Source: Alphaproteobacteria bacterium UBA828
GTDB lineage: Bacteria; Pseudomonadota; Alphaproteobacteria; UBA828
DNA: 53,794 nucleotides
NCBI GenBank assembly: GCA_002296185.1
Contig: DBHM01000022.1
Location: 1 to 53,794, forward strand
Direction: 5' to 3'
A model generated the notes under the pieces. That model was given only the letters and a program-made list of their open reading frames with translations. It was not told the origin of the DNA and did no database searches. The translations under genes and the position numbers were made by a program. Of the stretch, positions 31,151 through 40,461 are shown piece by piece (positions within the stretch are counted from its first letter, which is position 1; each line of letters begins with the position of its first letter).

Positions 31151-31869
31151 ATGCTTTGATTCTCGCTCAACCAACTAGATATCTGATCGCTGAGCCATCG
31201 ATGAGCCGAAGGTATATACACTTGAGAGTTTTTAATTTGTAATTCTACACCCTGGGAACCTGGAAGACCTTCATCAGCCAAAGGACGAGCCCCCAATAGC
31301 CACTTGTGAATTAGACTTTCATTGACTTCTGGGTGAAACTGGATCGCAATTACATTATCAGAATATATAAAGCCTTGATTGGGACAATTAGTGCCACTAG
31401 CCGAAAGTCTCGCCCCGTGTGGCAAAGAAAAAATCTCGCCATGCCTATGATAACAGACAAAATTATCCGGAATTTCTAACTCATTGTCATTAACAGGAAA
31501 AATCGGATACCAGCCAAATTCATAAATCTCTTCGGGATGTTGTGTTACACTTGCGCCAAGGGCTCTAGCTATCAACTGAGCACCTAGACAAATACCAAAA
31601 ACTGGGAAGTTTGATAAAAAAGCACGCTCAAGCCATTTCAATTCATAGTGAATATAATCCACATGATCATCATTGGCACTTTGAATGCCACCAAAGCTCA
31701 CAGCCCCACTGTAAATAGACAGATCTTCCGGTAAACGATCACCTTTGTTAAGCCTCAAAATTTTATATGGTATTTTTTTATTCTCTAAAATAACCGAGAA
31801 TTCCCCAGTATCTGAAGCGGTCAAATGGGTTATTAGCAATACCGGACGGTCTTTTAATCTTGGGGACAT
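31147..31869 (-). CDS. Class I glutamine amidotransferase-like protein
   Basis: GICLGAQ nucleophile and QFHPE His-Glu motif; no fused synthetase domain. Confidence 0.88.
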   Translation of the reverse strand: MSPRLKDRPVLLITHLTASDTGEFSVILENKKIPYKILRLNKGDRLPEDLSIYSGAVSFGGIQSANDDHVDYIHYELKWLERAFLSNFPVFGICLGAQLIARALGASVTQHPEEIYEFGWYPIFPVNDNELEIPDNFVCYHRHGEIFSLPHGARLSASGTNCPNQGFIYSDNVIAIQFHPEVNESLIHKWLLGARPLADEGLPGSQGVELQIKNSQVYIPSAHRWLSDQISSWLSENQSI

Positions 31870-32023
31870 TTTAATGCCTATTTAGGGTAAAATTACCAGA
31901 AATATAAAAAAATGGAACAATTATATAAAATACACATTCAATCATTGACCTTCATCACACGTAAGCTAAGTTGAGATAATATAATAGTTCAAAAAACACT
32001 TTTATAAGGGAGCAAGGGGAAAA

Positions 32024-34063
32024 TTGTCCAATAAACGCGTCGCTGTTGATATAGGTGGCACTTTTACAGATATAGTTATTTTAGACGAGAAAACCGGTCA
32101 AATTAGAAACGCCAAAACCTCCTCAACCAATGATCCTATAGTTGGTGCACTAAGGGGAGTGGATGACGCAGGTGTAGACCTAAAAGATGTTACTCTATTC
32201 TCACACGGAACAACTGTCGCTACTAATGCTCTTTTAACTCGACGTCTACCACCTACAGCGATGATTTGCTCTAAAGGCTTTCGTGATGTCATAGAAATTC
32301 GCAGGGGCAATAAGGATGAGCTCTGGGATACTTACAAGGACCTTGCAAAGCCATATGTAAGGCGAAGAGATAGGTTAACCATTACTGAGCGAGTAGATGG
32401 TTCTGGTAAGGTCTTGGAAAAATTAGATGAGAAAGAAGCATTAAAAATAACACGTATCCTTAAAAAACGGAGCATGGAAGCTGTAGCTATATGCTTTATG
32501 AATGCCTTTCTTAACCCCACTAACGAACTCCTTATGCGTAAAATAATTGAGCGTGAGATACCCGGCATTAGAGTCATAACAAGTAGCGAGACACTTCCAG
32601 AAATCTTTGAGCATGAAAGATTCTCTACTACAGTAGTTAACGCTGTTTTAGCACCAGTTGTTGGAGAATATACTCAACGTATGAGCGACCAATTAGCTGC
32701 TAATGGTTATAAGCGCGACATGCTCTTACTTCATTCAGGTGGTGGAGTAATGACATCTAAGACCGCACAAGATTACGCCGGTCGTCTAGCTGGCTCTGGC
32801 ATAGCCGCAGGAGCCATTGCCAGCAAGTATGTAGCTGGCCTATGTGGCTTCAAAAATGCTATAGGGCTAGATATGGGAGGAACATCAACAGATGTATCTC
32901 TTGCTTATGAAGGACAAAATCGCGTTACAAAAGACTGGTATATTGAGTTTGGATATCCCATCAGATTCCCTTCTATTGAAGTTTTGACAATAGGGGCAGG
33001 AGGAGGCTCATTAGCATGGATTGATGAAGGTGGGTCTCTACGTAATGGGCCGCAGTCAGCGGGGTCTAATCCAGGGCCAGCATGTTATAATCTTGGAAAT
33101 AAAACCGCTACCAATACCGACGCAAATCTTGCACTCGGAAGATTGGGGGCAGAGCTTGCAGGAGGAGAAATCAACCTCAACTTAAGCCTCTCTCAAAAAT
33201 CAATTCAAGAAACAGTCGCTAAGCCCCTTAGTATGACTATTCCTAATGCGGCTAAGGCAGTGCTATCAGTAGCTAACGCTAATATGGCAGACGCTGTGAG
33301 GCTAATATCTATAGCAAGGGGCTATGACCCTCGTGATTTTGCTCTCGTAGCTTTTGGTGGAGCAGGCCCACTTCATGGAGTGGCTTTAGCAAAAGAGCTC
33401 GCTATACCAACGGTCATTGTGCCTCCCAACCCAGGGACAACATCAGCAATGGGATGTCTTCTTGTAGATATTCGACATGATCTTAGCCAGAGTTTTATCG
33501 CAGATACCAGTACAGTTGATCCAAAGGAATTAAATTCTGAATTTAAAAAGATGGAAATTGAGGCTAGAGAACGCCTCCTTCATGAAGGAGTAACAGTAAA
33601 AAATATGATGCTACAGAGGTCTGTGGATATGATGTATCGTGGGCAGTGGAGGACATTATCAGTAAATATTCCCTCTAAACTTACATCGATGAAACTGGTC
33701 GTAGATCTATTTCACAAAGAACATCAACGTGAATACAACTTTAGACGCGACGAAACCCCCGTAGATCTTTTTCGGATCTCTCTTTCTGCTGTTGGATTAA
33801 CACCTAAGGCAAAACTTGCAAAGTATAGAACCCAAAAACGAATTATTAAACCAAACCAGTTTCGTAAGGTTTGGTTTGACGAAAAGAAAGAATCTATTAA
33901 TACACCTGTTTATTGGCGTGAGGATCTAAAAGCAGGATCAAAGATTAAAGGACCTGCAATTATCTCACAACTGGACTCAACAACTGTAGTTCCACCTGGT
34001 GAGATTGCCAGTGTAGACCAATACCTTAATTTAGTAATTAAAATTTCAGGGAGCTCGAAATGA
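32024..34063 (+). CDS. ATP-dependent hydantoinase/oxoprolinase subunit A (copy 2)
   Basis: DIGGTFTD, HGTTVATNA, DMGGTSTD, GAGGGS and FGGAGPLH; TTG start behind a G/A-rich SD. Confidence 0.92.
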   Translation: MSNKRVAVDIGGTFTDIVILDEKTGQIRNAKTSSTNDPIVGALRGVDDAGVDLKDVTLFSHGTTVATNALLTRRLPPTAMICSKGFRDVIEIRRGNKDELWDTYKDLAKPYVRRRDRLTITERVDGSGKVLEKLDEKEALKITRILKKRSMEAVAICFMNAFLNPTNELLMRKIIEREIPGIRVITSSETLPEIFEHERFSTTVVNAVLAPVVGEYTQRMSDQLAANGYKRDMLLLHSGGGVMTSKTAQDYAGRLAGSGIAAGAIASKYVAGLCGFKNAIGLDMGGTSTDVSLAYEGQNRVTKDWYIEFGYPIRFPSIEVLTIGAGGGSLAWIDEGGSLRNGPQSAGSNPGPACYNLGNKTATNTDANLALGRLGAELAGGEINLNLSLSQKSIQETVAKPLSMTIPNAAKAVLSVANANMADAVRLISIARGYDPRDFALVAFGGAGPLHGVALAKELAIPTVIVPPNPGTTSAMGCLLVDIRHDLSQSFIADTSTVDPKELNSEFKKMEIEARERLLHEGVTVKNMMLQRSVDMMYRGQWRTLSVNIPSKLTSMKLVVDLFHKEHQREYNFRRDETPVDLFRISLSAVGLTPKAKLAKYRTQKRIIKPNQFRKVWFDEKKESINTPVYWREDLKAGSKIKGPAIISQLDSTTVVPPGEIASVDQYLNLVIKISGSSK

Positions 34064-36132
34064 TTGAGCGCAAAAAAGCAAAAAAACGCTCTCCAATAAA
34101 GAAAAAATCTTCCAGGTCCCAAATAAAAAATAAAACCTTGAAGAAAAAGACGGCTTCAAAAGGCTTAGACCCTGTGACCTTTGAAGTTCTAAAAAACTCT
34201 TATATAACAGCTGTTGATCAAATGGGTGAACAGATACTTCGTACGTGTTATAGCTTTGTTATCTATAATCGTGATTTTTCTTCAGCTCTTAACGACGCAG
34301 AAGGAAACTCTATCGCACAAGGTAATCAGGATATTTCTGTCCATGTAGGAACTCTACATTATACATGCAAGGCCGTTATTGATCACTTTGGCTCCGATAT
34401 ACATCCAGGCGATGTTTTTCTTGTAAATGACCCATATCTTGGAGGCACTCATTTCAATGATGTTAGGGTTATTAGACCAATTTTTTCTGGAAAGAAGATT
34501 ATATGTTTTGCTCAATCCAATGGTCATTGGGCGGATGTTGGGGGATCTGTCCCCGGATCATTTGATGTCCAAGCCCGCGATATGTTCAGAGAAGGGTTAC
34601 GTATAACCCCTGTAAGAGTCTGGGATAAGGGGGAGTTCAAGTCAGATATAGCCAGGATGATTGCATCTATGACACGAGATCCTGCTACTATATATGGAGA
34701 TTTAAATGCACAAGCAGAGGCAACAAGAGTTGCCGAACGGGAAATATTGAGACTCGTTGATAAATATGGTCGTGCAAAAGTAGTTTCTGGATTTCAAGAA
34801 GTTCAGGATTATGTTGAACGCGCAGCAAGGGCACGAATAAAGAAACTACCTGACGGCACCTGGGAGTCTATTGACTATGTTGATCAAGATCCTGGTTCAT
34901 CAGAAGGCCTTATACCAATTAAAATTAAACTTACTATTAAAGGTGACGAAGTTACCTATGATTTCACTGGATCCCATGGCACAATCGCTACTCTTTATAA
35001 TTCAGCCTACGGCGCGACATTTTCTGCTGTAGCAGCAGGTATGAAAACGTATTTTCCTGATTTACCTCTTAATTCAGGATTCTATAGACCAATTAATATT
35101 ATTGCCCCTAAAAACTCAATCATTAGTGCTGAGTGGCCAGTAGCTGTAACAGGGTTTCTAATGGTCTTCGAAAAAATTATGGCAATTATATTCGAACTCT
35201 GGTCAGAAATATTACCTGATCGAGCTATTGCGGCTGCGTATCAGTTAGAATACCTGCTGACAGGCGGAAAGGATGCTAGATACGAAGGAAATCCATATTT
35301 TATGTATTATGATTGGATGCCCGGTGGTTGGGGAGGGCGAAACGGTCTAGATGGTTTAAATGTTACGAATTCCCCCTTTGGACCTGGCCTACAAAGTCAA
35401 CCTGTAGAAGGCCAGGAACGTCTATGCCCTATAATGGTAAATGGCTTTGAAATGGTTACTGACTCAGCAGGTCCCGGGCGTTGGCGTGGAGGTATAGGAG
35501 CAAGAAAATCAAGTGTTCTGCGAGAGGCAGAGGAAACAGTTATATCTTATATTTGCGACAGGGAGAGATCTGTGGCCTTTGGAATACAAGGAGGCCTACC
35601 TTCAACTCCCCACGGCCTATGGTTAAAACGTAAAAATGCCAAAGCCGCAGAGTGGCTAGGCGCGGTTTTTTCTGATGTTCCTATAAATTCTGGGGACTCA
35701 TTTGAAAGAGCCTCAAGCGGGGGAGGAGGACTTGGAGACCCATTATTGAGGGACCCCTTAAGCGTGATGCATGATGTCGAAGATGACTATGTTTCTATTG
35801 AGCGCGCGAAAAAAGATTATGGTGTTGTTCTAAAACTAATAGATCGTGACAAAGCGAAATACTCTATTGATGAAAAAGCAACCAAGGTAGAGAGACAAAA
35901 ACAAAAGAAACAGAGACTCAAAAAAATTAAAGAAGACCCAAAAAAGATAGCTCAGAAATATAAAAATGGTGATTTAGACGAAATGGATCTTGTTCGACAT
36001 TACGCTGTAATTGTTGACTGGGGTACAGGAGAGTTACTACCAAAAACCACTAAAGAGTATAGGGCCATGTTTAACCGCCGTATTGTTCCCTGGTGGTCTA
36101 AAAGGAAAACTCTTCCATCCAAAGATATATAA
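34060..36132 (+). CDS. Hydantoinase B/oxoprolinase subunit (copy 2) with basic N- and C-terminal extensions
   Basis: DPVTFEV, RDFS, NDPYLGGTH, HWADVGG.VPGS, DSAGPG..RGG and GGGG.GDP; ATGA overlap with subunit A. Confidence 0.92.
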   Translation: MIERKKAKKRSPIKKKSSRSQIKNKTLKKKTASKGLDPVTFEVLKNSYITAVDQMGEQILRTCYSFVIYNRDFSSALNDAEGNSIAQGNQDISVHVGTLHYTCKAVIDHFGSDIHPGDVFLVNDPYLGGTHFNDVRVIRPIFSGKKIICFAQSNGHWADVGGSVPGSFDVQARDMFREGLRITPVRVWDKGEFKSDIARMIASMTRDPATIYGDLNAQAEATRVAEREILRLVDKYGRAKVVSGFQEVQDYVERAARARIKKLPDGTWESIDYVDQDPGSSEGLIPIKIKLTIKGDEVTYDFTGSHGTIATLYNSAYGATFSAVAAGMKTYFPDLPLNSGFYRPINIIAPKNSIISAEWPVAVTGFLMVFEKIMAIIFELWSEILPDRAIAAAYQLEYLLTGGKDARYEGNPYFMYYDWMPGGWGGRNGLDGLNVTNSPFGPGLQSQPVEGQERLCPIMVNGFEMVTDSAGPGRWRGGIGARKSSVLREAEETVISYICDRERSVAFGIQGGLPSTPHGLWLKRKNAKAAEWLGAVFSDVPINSGDSFERASSGGGGLGDPLLRDPLSVMHDVEDDYVSIERAKKDYGVVLKLIDRDKAKYSIDEKATKVERQKQKKQRLKKIKEDPKKIAQKYKNGDLDEMDLVRHYAVIVDWGTGELLPKTTKEYRAMFNRRIVPWWSKRKTLPSKDI

Positions 36133-36185
36133 GGTTTAATCCTAAAAATCACTGGTTACTTATCATCAGATAATTTAAAAATTAA

Positions 36186-37265
36186 TTGAGCAGAATCATG
36201 GTTGCCTACTTCAAAAAAAACACCAAAAAATTAATATTTCCGGGGATTTTATGCTTACTACTTTCCATATCGCACTTCAGCTATGCTCAAGAAAAATTTA
36301 ATTTAGAGCCAGCATTCACCCAAGGTCAAGTTAGTATCATCGCGGCTATTCTTGGTCCACAAGGACATTTAAATAAAGATATGTATCAAGCTTTTTGGGC
36401 AGAAGTTTCTCAAACAGCGATTAATAAATCTGGGGGCATAGAATCATATTCCCGTAATTTAAAGCGTGATCTATATAGGAGAATAGCTCTAATCCACGAA
36501 ATGTGGCGCAGCGCTAAGTTAAGTTGGATTGCTGGAGAAGACATTGAAACGCCTGAATTCACTCAAGCTTTGAAACTCCATCAAGAACTTGCGAAAAAAA
36601 ATAATCGCCTCGCTATATTAGGAGCACGTCAAGATATAGCATCTATGATGCAAGTAATATTGATGTCTTCTTCTGGTGGGGAGATAGAACGGTCTGGTAG
36701 GGAACCAATTATGAAATATAATCAAATCGAACTTGGGCTGGAATCTCGTTTGGGCTCAGAAATACGTGCAACCACTTTATCTGAAGGTATATGGAATAAT
36801 AAAAAATACTTTTTTGATTATGATAATCTTGGCATTCGCTTAAAATCAAACTGGCCATTTAACGAGAAGAATCCTGTAAAACACCAATATGGAAAACAAG
36901 AGGTTGTAGTTCACGCAATTAGCCATAACATAGATTTTAATAATACACTTCAAATTGAATGTTTTAACTGGAAAGATTCTAATAGTAACTCTTCACAACT
37001 AATTAAATTTATTATTAACAGGCATAATCTAAGATTGATTACTAAACCGAAAAATGGAAATTTTAAAGGCCATCAATCTATTTTTGTTAGAGCTATTAGT
37101 GAAGATAAGGATATGAATTATAACTTTTCTATGCGTATAGTAACACTAACCTCATCTCACAAAGCCCTAGTTTTAATTGCAAGATATAACTCTAGGAATG
37201 AGAATGCAGGCAGAGATATTCTTGATTCCTTTGAAAAACATTTAGTTATTAAAGAAACTTCATAA
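36186..37265 (+). CDS. Hypothetical exported protein
   Basis: 359-codon ORF with signal-peptide-like segment ending SYA-Q; ATG 36198 may be the real start; no family recognised. Confidence 0.6.
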   Translation: MSRIMVAYFKKNTKKLIFPGILCLLLSISHFSYAQEKFNLEPAFTQGQVSIIAAILGPQGHLNKDMYQAFWAEVSQTAINKSGGIESYSRNLKRDLYRRIALIHEMWRSAKLSWIAGEDIETPEFTQALKLHQELAKKNNRLAILGARQDIASMMQVILMSSSGGEIERSGREPIMKYNQIELGLESRLGSEIRATTLSEGIWNNKKYFFDYDNLGIRLKSNWPFNEKNPVKHQYGKQEVVVHAISHNIDFNNTLQIECFNWKDSNSNSSQLIKFIINRHNLRLITKPKNGNFKGHQSIFVRAISEDKDMNYNFSMRIVTLTSSHKALVLIARYNSRNENAGRDILDSFEKHLVIKETS

Positions 37266-37282
37266 TTAGTATATAGCTTGCT

Positions 37283-37573
37283 TCAATTATTTTTATCTGA
37301 AAATATTTTGCCTATAGTACGGCCAATCTCTTTAGCGGGATCTCTAGAATCTGCAATTTGACCGACTTTCTCAGCAGCTCTATCAATCTTCTTTTCTGCT
37401 TTAGAAAGTAACTCAGCAGCCGGGCCCTCCTCTACATTTCGAACAGCATGCTCTGCAGCCCTATCAATACGCTGATCAACTGATTTCACAACATCAATTG
37501 CCTTACGCTGAACGCGAGGATTAGATGCTACTTTTTTAGCGATACCCCAAGCTAGTTGTTTTAAAATTGCCAT
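37283..37573 (-). CDS. Small amphipathic helical hypothetical protein
   Basis: ATG with AGGGA SD; internal repeat IDRAAE x2. Confidence 0.6.
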   Translation of the reverse strand: MAILKQLAWGIAKKVASNPRVQRKAIDVVKSVDQRIDRAAEHAVRNVEEGPAAELLSKAEKKIDRAAEKVGQIADSRDPAKEIGRTIGKIFSDKNN

Positions 37574-37602
37574 ATCCCTATAATAAACGGATCCCTAAGC
37601 TA

Positions 37603-38274
37603 TTAATAGTCGTGGCTTTCTCTTTGGACACGAATTTCCCACCTATTACGCTTAATCTCCTCGCGTAGTTCGTTCAAATTGCGATTAAGTAACTCTTTGG
37701 TTTCCTGCCTAGAACGTTTAATATTTGCTCTATTTTCGAGCTTTGTACGATATCTCTCAGCCCGAGCCTCTGCTAGTGACCTCTTTATTTCAGATTGAGC
37801 CTCCATACGATTGTGACGAGCTGCTAATTTTGTCTCTTCTCGACTAAGCTCTATTACTTTTTGAGCACCCTCTTTTGTTCGAGACTCTAAAGCCAACTCA
37901 ACCTCTACCTGATTTTTCTTTACCAATTCCTTAATCTCAATAGTATTGCTTGATCTCATAGCCTCTGATGCAAGAGTGTTCCTCTCTCTTAAAGCCTGTG
38001 ATTCATTTCTATCGAATATTCTCTGCTCTTTCTCGATAGCTCTATTACGCACTCGCAGTAGATTAAGCTCAGCTCTATTTATATCTCTTAGAGTTTCAGC
38101 ATCTACTTTATTCCTCTCCCTCAAAAAAACTACTTTTTCCTGTAAAGAATGTCCCACTGATATTTCACTATCAGTCATATCATCTGCTATGGCAGATTGA
38201 ATACAAAACCCGGAAACGAGCACAACACTGATTGCAAATATTTTACTAGTTCTTATCGATAGTAATTTTCTCAT
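37603..38274 (-). CDS. Exported coiled-coil hypothetical protein
   Basis: Signal peptide ending AIA-D; long R/E-rich helical body; GAGG SD. Confidence 0.65.
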   Translation of the reverse strand: MRKLLSIRTSKIFAISVVLVSGFCIQSAIADDMTDSEISVGHSLQEKVVFLRERNKVDAETLRDINRAELNLLRVRNRAIEKEQRIFDRNESQALRERNTLASEAMRSSNTIEIKELVKKNQVEVELALESRTKEGAQKVIELSREETKLAARHNRMEAQSEIKRSLAEARAERYRTKLENRANIKRSRQETKELLNRNLNELREEIKRNRWEIRVQRESHDY

Positions 38275-38633
38275 TTACAATATCCATCCTCTTTTTGCTT
38301 TTTTAGAGAAATTTAAAAAAACATGCTAATTAAAACATTCTCGCAGAAAGCATATGCGAATCGTAAGTAATCTTCTCAAATACAATAATGGTTTTTTTAA
38401 TTTAGTTCAGGAAAATCGACCAGTTAAGAGTAAAAAACTAGTTATATATATGAAAAATATAGTAAAAATAGGATGATAGACGCATAAATTAAAATCAAAT
38501 TTTTACCCAATTTTTCACTAAAGGCATATATGCGCGTAGTTATCTCATTGAAACCTCTATATTTGCTTTCTGGATAATTTTAATACATTACTAAACTTAT
38601 TATTCGATAAATATATACAACAGCCAGTGATAA

Positions 38634-39947
38634 ATGAGTAAAAATAACCCACTTTCACTTCTTGCAACTAACCCTCGTTTTCGTCAGTTATGGGTTATTG
38701 GGCTATTCACAAGTATAGCCCGGTGGCTGGACATGCTCGTTGTTGGTATTTTTGCATACGAGTTAACACATTCACCATTTTTTGTAGCCTTGCTCGTTCT
38801 ATTAAGACTTTTACCATTAATAATTGTAGGGCCTATAATTGGCACTCTTTCAGACAGATTAAATCCAAAGAATTTATTCGGGTTTTCATTATGCTGCGCT
38901 GTAGTATCTTCACTAACCATATATATTTTATTTCTATTGGATATTGCTACCTACTGGCATATAGCAATATCTGTAATAGTTTCTGGATCAGTTTGGGCAA
39001 CTGATTTTCCGCTAAGAAGAAGAATGCTTGGTGATTCTGCTCAACTATCTGATGATGTTGATATGGAGAAAAAAAAGACGAATAGTGAAAATTTAGAAGT
39101 TGGAAATAAGAAAAGAGAAAAAAATAATAACAATATAGCTATAGCAATGAGCCTTGATAGTGCCTCGAATAATGCTACACGTATGATAGGACCTTTAACT
39201 GGAGGGTTAACTTACTATTGGCTTGGACCAGAAGGGGCCTTTGGAATACATTTTTTACTTTTTCTTTTTTCAGCCGTCTTTTTTTATTTCTTACCCAACA
39301 CGCAATTATCAAGTGTACAAGTCGCTCCATTGACAAAAGGGGTGAGGGAATTGTGGGAGGCAATTCAATATGCCGCTTCAAATAGAGACCTAAGGTCAGT
39401 ACTCCTAATTACTATAGTATTTAATATTTGGGGGTTTCCATTTCTCTCTATGATTCCCGTCATTGGAGGTAGTGAATTAGGACTAAATGCAAGCTGGATT
39501 GGATTAATTGTGGCCATGGAGGGACTTGGCGCATTCATCGGGGCTCTAATTGTGGCAATGAAAGTTAAAACCAAATATTTCCGAATACTTTTCTTCTATA
39601 GTTCAGCCCTACATCTTATACTTATATTTATTCTAGGGTGGATAGACGAAGCAATACCTTTTGGATTAATAGTACTTTTAATAGGACTTGTTGCTGCAGG
39701 ATTCACTACCATGCAAAGCACATTGATATTTACTGTATCTAAACCAGAAATGCGTGGTAGACTTTTCGGTCTTGTAGTTGCGTGTATTGGTACCGGGCTT
39801 ATAGGTAATGCAAATATTGGCCTTATGGGAGAATTATTTGGTGGCTCAAAAGCTATATCAATAACTGCTTTAGAAGGAATAGTCCCTCTCATCATTATTG
39901 GTTTTTTGTGGAAAGAATTGAGAAAACCAATTACTAAAATTAATTAA
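38634..39947 (+). CDS. MFS transporter (DHA3/EntS-like)
   Basis: G.LSDRL motif A, R..GP..GG and PEMRGR; about 12 TM segments. Confidence 0.87.
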   Translation: MSKNNPLSLLATNPRFRQLWVIGLFTSIARWLDMLVVGIFAYELTHSPFFVALLVLLRLLPLIIVGPIIGTLSDRLNPKNLFGFSLCCAVVSSLTIYILFLLDIATYWHIAISVIVSGSVWATDFPLRRRMLGDSAQLSDDVDMEKKKTNSENLEVGNKKREKNNNNIAIAMSLDSASNNATRMIGPLTGGLTYYWLGPEGAFGIHFLLFLFSAVFFYFLPNTQLSSVQVAPLTKGVRELWEAIQYAASNRDLRSVLLITIVFNIWGFPFLSMIPVIGGSELGLNASWIGLIVAMEGLGAFIGALIVAMKVKTKYFRILFFYSSALHLILIFILGWIDEAIPFGLIVLLIGLVAAGFTTMQSTLIFTVSKPEMRGRLFGLVVACIGTGLIGNANIGLMGELFGGSKAISITALEGIVPLIIIGFLWKELRKPITKIN

Positions 39948-40037
39948 AAAATATTTAGTAAACCCAATAAAAGCTTAAATTTAATTAATAAAATTTATTT
40001 TATAAAATACTTTAGATATACAAGGCTAAAAATAAAA

Positions 40038-40442
40038 ATGTTTTCTGGATTAACTCCTTTATTTTCGTTTAGCTTCTTTGGTAAAACACGTAAAATTGAT
40101 CAGCTAAATTACGCACTAAGAGAGGCTGGAATTCATCCAGCTTTAGTGCCCGATTCTGTTCTATATACAATAGTAAAGCTTTTGAGAAACTCTCAATATA
40201 ATACTACTGGTGGTGATTTACATAGCATAGCAACTCTCATAGCGTACATAATGCTAAGCAAGAGAGCACAAATTTATATTGACAACCCAAAGGAAGCTAG
40301 TTCAATCGAATATAGAATTGAAAATGCTTTAAACAAGGAGAATAATTTTGATTCGCAAATAATATTACTAGCATTTCATGCAAACCTTATACATCCAGAA
40401 GTCATTAATGAATTCAATATTTCAATTTCAAAATTAGACTGA
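40038..40442 (+). CDS. Hypothetical protein
   Basis: 134-codon ORF; ALR.AGIHPALVPD and DSQIILLA.HA..I.P look like a conserved alphaproteobacterial hypothetical family. Confidence 0.6.
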   Translation: MFSGLTPLFSFSFFGKTRKIDQLNYALREAGIHPALVPDSVLYTIVKLLRNSQYNTTGGDLHSIATLIAYIMLSKRAQIYIDNPKEASSIEYRIENALNKENNFDSQIILLAFHANLIHPEVINEFNISISKLD

Positions 40443-40461
40443 CTTATAGAATACTATTTGA

